A stretch of 64,000 nt of DNA, taken from the NCBI RefSeq assembly GCF_016903815.1, contig NZ_CP069973.1; one strand, 5' to 3'. Shown here piece after piece: positions 54,032-60,851 of this stretch. This DNA comes from Escherichia coli (GTDB lineage: Bacteria; Pseudomonadota; Gammaproteobacteria; Enterobacterales; Enterobacteriaceae). Both the position numbers and the translations under genes were made by a program. Each line of letters begins with the position of its first letter. Position 1 is the first letter of the stretch. The notes below the pieces were generated by a model. It did no database searches and was not told the origin of the DNA. It saw nothing but the letters and a program-made list of their open reading frames with translations.

Positions 54032-54111
54032 CCTGGCCTGAAGCATTCACAACGGTAGGAATTGCGATGGCGGTGGCGCTGGTGGTGTATTCGATTTGCC
54101 GCTGGGGTTGA
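54028..54111 (+). CDS. Candidate 27-aa single-TM peptide, translationally coupled
   Basis: Its ATG overlaps the upstream stop (ATGA). Translation is MTWPEAFTTVGIAMAVALVVYSICRWG. A hairpin at 54125-54143 follows. Confidence 0.4.
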   Translation: MTWPEAFTTVGIAMAVALVVYSICRWG

Positions 54112-54124
54112 TAATACTAAATAA

Positions 54125-54143
54125 CCAGCCCTTATGGGGCTGG
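54125..54143. terminator. Hairpin between the convergent rightward operon and the KilA-N gene
   Basis: ccagccc-ttatg-gggctgg. Confidence 0.5.
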
Positions 54144-54151
54144 CTAATCAT

Positions 54152-54925
54152 TTAGAACTGTTCATTGCCATCGAGGTTAGGTAGCATAATTTTTTCAATC
54201 AAGGCGAGAGCCTTTTTGTCCCGGTCAGCGAAGTATTTCGGGGCATATTGCGGCAACCAAATATTGTTAAAATGTTCTTTGAAATCTGCTAAATATTCAT
54301 TTGGGTACAGCCTTGCAGGGTATACGCGACCATCGGGATATTCATGGTCATAGGTAGGGAATGTTTTGGGTTCTACGTTTCTATTATCTCTTAACCATTG
54401 TGAAAATACTCTTCCTTGTGAAATGTCAGGAACCATTTTTTCTGGGAGTGTGTACCCTGCTTGTTCAAGAGGTGCAACCAAGTTGAATGTCAGTTCATTA
54501 AGAATAGAAAAGTGCGTGTGAGGAATTCTACTACGATTAACCATGTACCGTTTTAAATGTACAGGCATTTCTGCTGTAGTTCTTTCCCCTGACATCCATT
54601 CACGAACCCATCTTGAAACCTGGACTGCAAATTTGGGCGATAGCCACTGCGCTAGATTAATAGCGATGTCAGGATGCACCCATGTCCCTTGGTTTTCAGG
54701 TCTTCCACCTTTAAATGATTGAATTAACTCCGATATGGGAATTCCCATATCGCGTGATAATTCGTCAAAAAACTCTTGAGTAGTTTTGAGTCTAGTGTAA
54801 TCAGAGAGCAGTTTGCCCGCAGTTCTACACATTGATGTGGCGTTTATGTAACCATCTTTGGCACGTAAATGTATTATTTCGCCGTCAATTTCACGAGAAA
54901 TCAAAGATAATTGAAAGGATGTCAT
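54152..54925 (-). CDS. KilA-N domain-containing protein
   Basis: 257 aa. The N-terminal KilA-N/APSES-like region is IHLRAKDGYINATSMCRTAGKLLSDYTRLKTTQEFFDELS...GTWVHPDIAINLAQWLSPKFAVQVSRWV. It is oriented against the surrounding operon. Confidence 0.8.
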   Translation of the reverse strand: MTSFQLSLISREIDGEIIHLRAKDGYINATSMCRTAGKLLSDYTRLKTTQEFFDELSRDMGIPISELIQSFKGGRPENQGTWVHPDIAINLAQWLSPKFAVQVSRWVREWMSGERTTAEMPVHLKRYMVNRSRIPHTHFSILNELTFNLVAPLEQAGYTLPEKMVPDISQGRVFSQWLRDNRNVEPKTFPTYDHEYPDGRVYPARLYPNEYLADFKEHFNNIWLPQYAPKYFADRDKKALALIEKIMLPNLDGNEQF

Positions 54926-55447
54926 TGAAAATTCCTCAAGTTGGAGAGTTCTGGAACATTAAGGCGAGGTGGCAGTAATGCACCATCTGTAATCTTTTGA
55001 TACTGACGTAATCGGGCCTGATGTGCAACGCCTTGCAAGTATGTAACTCATTGAAAACGATCATTTTTATCTATTGACATCAAATGGCAAACTGTCATTG
55101 TGCGGCTATGGCAAGTGGCAAATGCTTATAAATCATATGGATATAAATAGTACAGAAAGAGTTGTTTTCTCTAGGATATGAGTATACGCCCAATGCTGAT
55201 TGGTTGAATTTTGTTCTTGTTTTAAAGGGTAAGAGTTTAAAGTGTTGGCAGTGATGTATTGGATAGTTAGAATTGCTGTGGGTGCTTGAGGCTATCTGCC
55301 TCGGGCATGAACACCAAAGGTAGATAGAGAAAAGCCCCAGTTAACATTACGCGTCCTGCAAGACGTTTAACATTAATCTGAGGCCATATCTATGCGACAC
55401 ATAGAGATTAGCCTCTTACGGACCGAAAGGTCAAGGAGAAGCAGGCT

Positions 55448-55573
55448 ATGAAGCAGCAAAAGGCGATGTTAATCGCCCTGATCGTCATCTGTTTAACCGT
55501 CATAGTGACGGCACTGGTAACGAGGAAAGACCTCTGCGAGGTACGAATCCGAACTGGCAGACGGAGGCTCTGA
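55448..55573 (+). pseudogene. hok-family type I toxin gene, divergent/truncated at the 3' end (41 codons)
   Basis: MKQQKAMLIALIVICLTVIVTALVTRKDLCEVRIRTG is identical to my memory of HokD/RelF. It then reads RRRL-stop instead of QTEVAVFTAYEPEE. The upstream leader (gcttgaggctatctgcctc..., gattagcctcttac..aaggagaag) resembles hok/sok leaders. Confidence 0.75.
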
Positions 55574-55655
55574 TTCGTAGACTACTAATCTGAGTAAAAG
55601 ACCCAGCGGGGAAAGAACCACGCCGGGACTAGTTAATAAGATATTTATAGCGTGG

Positions 55656-55997
55656 CTATTCTTTTTTTGCGGTATAGACTTTTTCGCCTGAGAAGTCTGG
55701 AGCTACCCAAAAGTTAATATTAAACTGAGCATCATCGCTTAGTTCAACACGGTGCCAGTATTGTGGTGGGCTTGTTGCAAAAGCGCCAGCATTAATGACT
55801 ACTTTTATCTCCGGTTCAGTAGCATTCTCATCAGCAAAACCATAATATGTTACAGTACCTTCCATCACGCATAACTGTCCAAAAACACCTGCTGCTGTAT
55901 TATGATGTGTTAATAACGCTGAAGGTACGTTCTCTTTTGTGAAGAACGGAGTTGAGCGTTTGATTACCCAGTCTTTAGGAATTCTCTTGTGTGTCAT
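55656..55997 (-). CDS. DUF1971 / YeaR-like (TehB-related) protein
   Basis: 113 aa from MTHKRIPKDWVIKRSTPFFTKENVPSALLTHHNT... It is alignable by eye to E. coli YeaR (..HTRSTPFWNK..YLGYADE..EP..FNIDFFVAP..). Confidence 0.7.
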   Translation of the reverse strand: MTHKRIPKDWVIKRSTPFFTKENVPSALLTHHNTAAGVFGQLCVMEGTVTYYGFADENATEPEIKVVINAGAFATSPPQYWHRVELSDDAQFNINFWVAPDFSGEKVYTAKKE

Positions 55998-56864
55998 AAC
56001 CACCTCCCATAAAACATGCATTATAAATGCACCTTTTTGAGGGTTATGTCAAGCTGTTATGAAACACATAATTGATATGTTGATTAGAGGAGAAGATAGA
56101 ATCAATATGGTTGTTTTTCGTATAACTATTTGTTTTACTTTTAGTTTGTGCATTCTGTGTGTTAGGAATAACTTATTAAAGTTTAACTAAAAAATCTCGA
56201 TATAGTCCGCATAGATTACTGTTACTGAATCTTATTGTGTGCATTAGTTGTGTTCTGAAATTTCAATTTAATTACTTATGATATATTTTTAACGATAAAT
56301 GTTTTCCGGGTTAAAGACAGTGGGGGATGAGATAAGCAATATATCATTAATCTTGATTATTTCCAGGATGCCTTTACTGTGCATATAAATAAATCATATA
56401 CGCATCAAATAATGTAAAGGCATCCTTTTAGATATATCTTATCAAATGTTAATGATTTGAGTGGGAAACATGATTCCAGAAACTAATCATGCGGCTACTT
56501 TATAAAAATAATGCCCATATAAAACAGCCAGCGAAAAGGATTACGGATAAAAAAGGAGCGAGATGTGCATAGTTGTTATTTTCCATGTTTAACCACCTTA
56601 AATAATTGATGATGACGGGATGTGCATCTGTAATGCTTTTGTTGAAATGTTATGATAAAAAAGAACTTTTTCATAACATTAAAATGTAATTTATCTAATC
56701 GTTTTTAATAATAAGTGTTGTATTTCTATCCTTGTATCAGCTATTTGATATGTAGTGTTTGTTCATGTTATGTGGAGCTTTACACCATAGCCAGTTTATT
56801 TATACTTTATTCGTCAGCCTGAACAACTGGCATCTGCTGCACTGCGCCATCGAGAGATTGAGAA

Positions 56865-57464
56865 ATGGCGCATATACAACTGGTCAAACAAACCTCTTCT
56901 GGACTACTTCTCCCGGCGACGCCGGAGAGTTGCGATTTTTTGCATCAAATCAAAATAGGCGAGTGGATACACGCAGACTTTAAGCGTGTGCGTAACTACG
57001 CATTCCACAAGCGTTTTTTCAAACTCCTGCAACTGGGATTCGATTACTGGACTCCGGTCGGTGGGGCGATCACGCCTCGCGAACGAAAGCTGGTTTCAGG
57101 ATTCGTTGATTACCTATGTGAATCAGTAGGCCGGGAACATACGCCAGCTCTGAGCGAAGCCGCAGAGCAATATCTGAATACAGTTGCGACACGCAGAACC
57201 CGGGATACGGCATTGCTAAAGTCGTTTGAGGCTTTCCGCGAGTGGGTAACCATTCAGGCCGGATTTTACACCGAGCATCTTTATCCTGATGGTAGCCATG
57301 GGCGTCGGGCGAAATCCATCGCTTTTGCGAATATGGACGAAACCGAGTTTCAGCAGGTTTATAAATCTGTTCTGAATGTGCTGTGGAACTGGATTCTGTT
57401 CCGTAAATTTTCCTCTCCGGAACAAGTCGAAAATGTGACCGCGCAGCTGCTGGAGTTTGCGTAA
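56865..57464 (+). CDS. DUF1367-family nin-region protein
   Basis: 199 aa, immediately upstream of and coupled to the YbcO-like gene. The family call is from memory of lambdoid nin regions. Confidence 0.65.
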   Translation: MAHIQLVKQTSSGLLLPATPESCDFLHQIKIGEWIHADFKRVRNYAFHKRFFKLLQLGFDYWTPVGGAITPRERKLVSGFVDYLCESVGREHTPALSEAAEQYLNTVATRRTRDTALLKSFEAFREWVTIQAGFYTEHLYPDGSHGRRAKSIAFANMDETEFQQVYKSVLNVLWNWILFRKFSSPEQVENVTAQLLEFA

Positions 57465-57754
57465 TGGTGGATTTACGTAAAGCGGCGCGGGGGCAGATGT
57501 GCACCGTCAGAATTCCTGGCTACTGCAATCACGATCCGGAAACGTCTGTGCTGGCGCATTACCGACTGGCGGGAACGTGCGGAACAGCGACAAAACCACA
57601 CGATATGCAGGCGGCGATTGCCTGTAGCTCATGCCACGATCTAATCGACGGGCGGGTAAAAACCAGCGATTACACCAAAGAAGAATTACGCCTGATGCAT
57701 GCAGAAGGTGTTTTTCGCACACAAGAAATCTGGAGAAAGGAGGGATATTTGTGA
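57464..57754 (+). CDS. YbcO-like (DUF1364) putative nuclease
   Basis: 96 aa, MVDLRKAARGQMCTVRIPGYCNHDPETSVLAHYRLAGTCGTATKPHDMQAAIACSSCHDLIDGR.. It is clearly homologous to DLP12 YbcO as I remember it. Confidence 0.8.
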   Translation: MVDLRKAARGQMCTVRIPGYCNHDPETSVLAHYRLAGTCGTATKPHDMQAAIACSSCHDLIDGRVKTSDYTKEELRLMHAEGVFRTQEIWRKEGYL

Positions 57755-58293
57755 TTTACCCAACGAATACAGGAAAAAGCGGAGAACACCTTCGTCTCGC
57801 CACGCTGGAAAGTGTCTGGATTCAGGGCAAACTGCGTATGTGGGGGCGCTGGTCGTATATTGGCGGTGGCAGGTCAGGAAATATGTTCAATCAGTTGTTG
57901 GCATCCAAAAAATTGACGAAAACAGCCATCAATGAAGCCCTGCGCAGAATGAAAAAAGCGGGAATAGAGAAAGCTGAGCTGGAAGCGTTTTTGCGAGAGA
58001 TGATCAACGGCAAGCAAAAGAGCTGGCTGGCGCATTGTACTGATGCAGAGGCGTTATGTATTGATCGAGTCATAAGTGAGGTGCTGGCAGAGCATCCTGG
58101 ATTGATTAGTGTCCTCCGGCAACGGTATGAAGGACGGGGGATGACTAAGCGCAAAATGGCTGAATTGCTAAATGATGCACATCCTGAGTGGTGTTTTAGC
58201 ACATGCGAAAAGCGAATTGCTAATTGGTTGGCTGTTGCTGAGTATGCCCTATATATTCCCATGCGAGAATCATTTGCTCAAAAAATAGCTTGA
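57751..58293 (+). CDS. Putative late-gene antiterminator (Q-like, DUF1133-type)
   Basis: GTG start overlapping the upstream stop (GTGA), with an AAGGAGGG SD. 180 aa. It lies directly before a promoter + terminator unit and the lysis cassette. Confidence 0.65.
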   Translation: MIYPTNTGKSGEHLRLATLESVWIQGKLRMWGRWSYIGGGRSGNMFNQLLASKKLTKTAINEALRRMKKAGIEKAELEAFLREMINGKQKSWLAHCTDAEALCIDRVISEVLAEHPGLISVLRQRYEGRGMTKRKMAELLNDAHPEWCFSTCEKRIANWLAVAEYALYIPMRESFAQKIA

Positions 58294-58318
58294 TTTTTTA
58301 CGCATAAACTGCTTCAAT
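58290..58318 (+). promoter_or_regulatory. Candidate late promoter (PR'-like)
   Basis: TTGATT-17 nt-TTCAAT, overlapping the Q-like stop codon. A -10-like TATGCT lies at 58324-58329, where lambdoid sigma-dependent pause elements sit. Confidence 0.45.
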
Positions 58319-58377
58319 TCCGGTATGCTTCGCAAAGCTGTATCGCGAGGCGAACCAAGCGCATGAACTTTACCAGA

Positions 58378-58405
58378 ACCCGCCATTGAGCGGGTTTTGT
58401 TGTTT
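58378..58405 (+). terminator. Rho-independent terminator (tR'-like)
   Basis: acccgc-cattga-gcgggt followed by tttgttgttt. Confidence 0.7.
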
Positions 58406-58477
58406 CTGGTACTGGTGAACCTGATGTTTCATTTCTGGAGCGCGATTCCTGGCGGAATACCTAGAATCGAGACATTC

Positions 58478-58486
58478 TGGTAAAAT
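58478..58486 (+). promoter_or_regulatory. Extended -10 promoter element for the moron gene
   Basis: TGgTAAAAT, 29 bp upstream of the ATG at 58515. There is no good -35. Confidence 0.4.
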
Positions 58487-58514
58487 TGTTTTCAGTACAG
58501 GATGTGGAGGTGAG

Positions 58515-59084
58515 ATGAGAGAACTACCTAAAGATTATTTTTTAGGAGTAGATGATGAGCTCGTCGATTATCTTGAAAAACAAGGGGAAGAGACGATACG
58601 AGAGATTCATCTTTCTAACAAAACCAATGTTGAGAATGGATACAAACTTCTGAACATTCAGATTGTTGGAATTGGTTCATCTTTTTTATTGCTGACACAG
58701 AAAACTAATTTCGATTTTCTCACCGCCGGAATTACCACATTTACATTACTATGGACATGGTGCGCCATTTACTTGGTATGTACTGGTTTATCTGTGAAGG
58801 TTAGGGGCCTGATCAATGCCCCTCCTGATCATCTATATCATGAAAAATATAAGGATATGGAGCCCTCGAGCTTTAAAATATTCGCTGATGCAGGATATTT
58901 AGGACCTGATAAGTTATTGCCGCTTATACGAAGGTATCGCCTTGTTGACTTGAGTGATACAGCAAGAGAGTTACTGTTGGAAAATGAGAAAATCCGCACG
59001 AGTCTCGATAAAGCAAGGATGTATACCATCCTTGCTCCGGTAGCGGCGATGTTTATCTCGGCTGTTTTTTTATATGTTCAATGA
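58515..59084 (+). CDS. Uncharacterised 189-aa membrane protein (3 predicted TM helices), a moron in the Q-holin gap
   Basis: GGAGG SD 5 nt upstream. Hydrophobic segments are LLNIQIVGIGSSFLLLT, ITTFTLLWTWCAIYLVCTGL and MYTILAPVAAMFISAVFLYV. AT-rich codon usage. I recognise no family. Confidence 0.7.
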   Translation: MRELPKDYFLGVDDELVDYLEKQGEETIREIHLSNKTNVENGYKLLNIQIVGIGSSFLLLTQKTNFDFLTAGITTFTLLWTWCAIYLVCTGLSVKVRGLINAPPDHLYHEKYKDMEPSSFKIFADAGYLGPDKLLPLIRRYRLVDLSDTARELLLENEKIRTSLDKARMYTILAPVAAMFISAVFLYVQ

Positions 59085-59214
59085 CTGAGTCGGCAGAATC
59101 TCCAACAAAAACACGACGTGTAGCAAAGTCTGTAGTACTTTGTGTTGGAGTTGGTTTTGGTGCCACGGGTTGCTGAGGTTTATTTTCACCTTGTGGTTTG
59201 TTTTTTTCAGACAT
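59053..59214 (-). CDS. Candidate 53-aa hydrophilic Pro/Lys/Gln-rich protein
   Basis: AAAGAGG SD 6 nt upstream of ATG 59214: MSEKNKPQGENKPQQPVAPKPTPTQSTTDFATRRVFVGDSADSVIEHIKKQPR. It overlaps the 3' end of 58515-59084 by 32 nt. Confidence 0.45.
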   Translation of the reverse strand: MSEKNKPQGENKPQQPVAPKPTPTQSTTDFATRRVFVGDSADSVIEHIKKQPR

Positions 59215-59308
59215 AAAAATCCTCTTTGTTTGAATTGTTACTTTTGGCGATTTAACGATATCAAACACGAGTATATACCGCCAGAAGCTTAATCTGGCAC
59301 TCCATCTG

Positions 59309-59333
59309 GCCCCGGCATGTCCCGGGGCTTTTT
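59309..59333 (+). terminator. Strong rho-independent terminator just upstream of the holin
   Basis: gccccgg-catgtc-ccggggc followed by ttttt. Confidence 0.8.
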
Positions 59334-59431
59334 CGTTGTTAGGCTCTGGAAACATCCTCGACTTCTTGTTAGCAAGCCTGAGAGCCTGAATCTTACACTT
59401 AGCACCATCCGAACTCTCGGAGGTGAGGCTT

Positions 59432-59773
59432 ATGAAAATGCACAATGCCCCTCATTCCTGGCCTGACTTACTGGAACTCTTACAAAGTTGGTGGCGTGGA
59501 GATACGCCGCTGGGTGCAGTGGTTATGTCAATTATTATGGCTGGTTTGCGCATTGCCTATTTTGGCGGTGGCGGCGGCTGGAAACGAAAAACGCTTGAGA
59601 TTCTGCTTTGTGGTGCTCTGACGCTGACCTTTGCATCCGCGCTTGAGTATGTCGGATGGCCTAAATCACTTTCTGTTGCCATTGGTGGTGGGGTGGGGCT
59701 GATTGGTGTTGATGCTATTCGTGGTGCGGCAATGAGGGTCATCGGTAACAAGTTCGGTGCCCATAAGGAGTAA
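59432..59773 (+). CDS. Class I (lambda S-like) holin with an MKM dual-start motif
   Basis: GGAGG at 59419-59423, with ATG at 59432 and 59438 (M-K-M). It has three hydrophobic helices and a charged C-terminus, and lies immediately upstream of the endolysin. Confidence 0.85.
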   Translation: MKMHNAPHSWPDLLELLQSWWRGDTPLGAVVMSIIMAGLRIAYFGGGGGWKRKTLEILLCGALTLTFASALEYVGWPKSLSVAIGGGVGLIGVDAIRGAAMRVIGNKFGAHKE

Positions 59774-59776
59774 TTA

Positions 59777-60253
59777 ATGCAGACACTTAATTCCCAGCGT
59801 AAAGCTTTCCTTGATATGGTGGCATGGTCAGAAGGAACAGATAACGGACGGCAGAAAACCAGAAATCACGGTTATGATGTTATTGTCGGTGGCGAACTGT
59901 TCACTGATTACTCCGATCACCCCCGCAAACTTGTCACGCTAAATCCGAAACTCAAATCAACAGCCGCTGGACGTTACCAGCTTCTTTCACGCTGGTGGGA
60001 TGCCTACCGCAAGCAACTTGGCCTGAAAGATTTTTCTCCAGAAAGTCAGGATGCTGTAGCGCTGCAGCAGATTAAAGAGCGTGGCGCTTTGCCGATGATT
60101 GATCGCGGTGATATCCGTCAGACTATCGACCGTTGCAGCAATATATGGGCTTCACTGCCGGGCGCTGGTTATGGTCAGTTCGAGCATAAGGCTGACAGTC
60201 TGATTGCAAAATTCAAAGAAGCTGGCGGAACGGTCAGAGAGATTGAGGTATGA
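59777..60253 (+). CDS. Endolysin, lambda R-type lytic transglycosylase
   Basis: 158 aa, ..[55 protein letters not shown].. Nearly identical to lambda R as remembered. Confidence 0.95.
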   Translation: MQTLNSQRKAFLDMVAWSEGTDNGRQKTRNHGYDVIVGGELFTDYSDHPRKLVTLNPKLKSTAAGRYQLLSRWWDAYRKQLGLKDFSPESQDAVALQQIKERGALPMIDRGDIRQTIDRCSNIWASLPGAGYGQFEHKADSLIAKFKEAGGTVREIEV

Positions 60254-60714
60254 GCAGAGTAACCGCGATTATCTCCGCTCTGGTTATCTGCATCGTCGTC
60301 TGCCTGTCATGGGGTGTTAATCATTACCGTGATAACGCCATCGCCTACAAAGAACAGCGCGACAAAAATGCCAGAGAACTGAAGCTGGCGAACGCGGCAA
60401 TTACTGACATGCAGATGCGTCAGCGTGATGTTGCTGCGCTCGATGCAAAATACACGAAGGAGTTAGCTGATGCGAAAGCTGAAAATGATGCTCTGCGTGA
60501 TGATGTTGCCGCTGGTCGTCGTCGGTTGCACATCAAAGCAGTCTGTCAGTCAGTGCGTGAAGCCACCACCGCCTCCGGCGTGGATAATGCAGCCTCCCCC
60601 CGACTGGCAGACACCGCTGAACGGGATTATTTCACCCTCCGGGAACGACTGGTAATGATGCAGGCCCAACTTGAAGGTGCTCAGCAATACATAACCGAGC
60701 AGTGTTTAAAGTAA
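60250..60714 (+). CDS. i-spanin Rz, full length
   Basis: 154 aa, [31 protein letters not shown]... Near-identical to lambda Rz. K-12 rzpR is only a fragment (from memory). Confidence 0.93.
   Translation: MSRVTAIISALVICIVVCLSWGVNHYRDNAIAYKEQRDKNARELKLANAAITDMQMRQRDVAALDAKYTKELADAKAENDALRDDVAAGRRRLHIKAVCQSVREATTASGVDNAASPRLADTAERDYFTLRERLVMMQAQLEGAQQYITEQCLK
60470..60655 (+). CDS. rzoR: o-spanin Rz1 lipoprotein, embedded in the +1 frame of Rz
   Basis: 61 aa with lipobox LVVVGC and a proline-rich mature part. Matches RzoR/lambda Rz1. Confidence 0.9.
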   Translation: MRKLKMMLCVMMLPLVVVGCTSKQSVSQCVKPPPPPAWIMQPPPDWQTPLNGIISPSGNDW

Positions 60715-60851
60715 AATCTTAACTACAATATGATTCATTTTGATGATTGTTTCATAAGGAACAGTGAAGTAAGATCTAAGAGGAGTTAAATTTTATACAG
60801 TATAATCATAATATTGCAGCAAGGTGGTTATAATTGAAAGAATATTTAGAT

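Noticed and set aside
58294-58514. I looked for tRNA genes downstream of the Q-like gene, as in Stx phages, and for CRISPR arrays anywhere in the window.
   Set aside because: No cloverleaf-compatible sequence was found. There are also no regularly spaced direct repeats. The only repeat families seen are REP elements, the 21-bp iterons, operator heptamers and the 29-bp mpaA/mppA motif.
59053-59445. The full 130-aa minus-strand ORF reported in the track.
   Set aside because: Its first 77 codons run through the holin SD/start region and the GC hairpin terminator, and they have no SD. Only the distal 53 codons, starting at ATG 59214 with an AAAGAGG SD, look like a gene.
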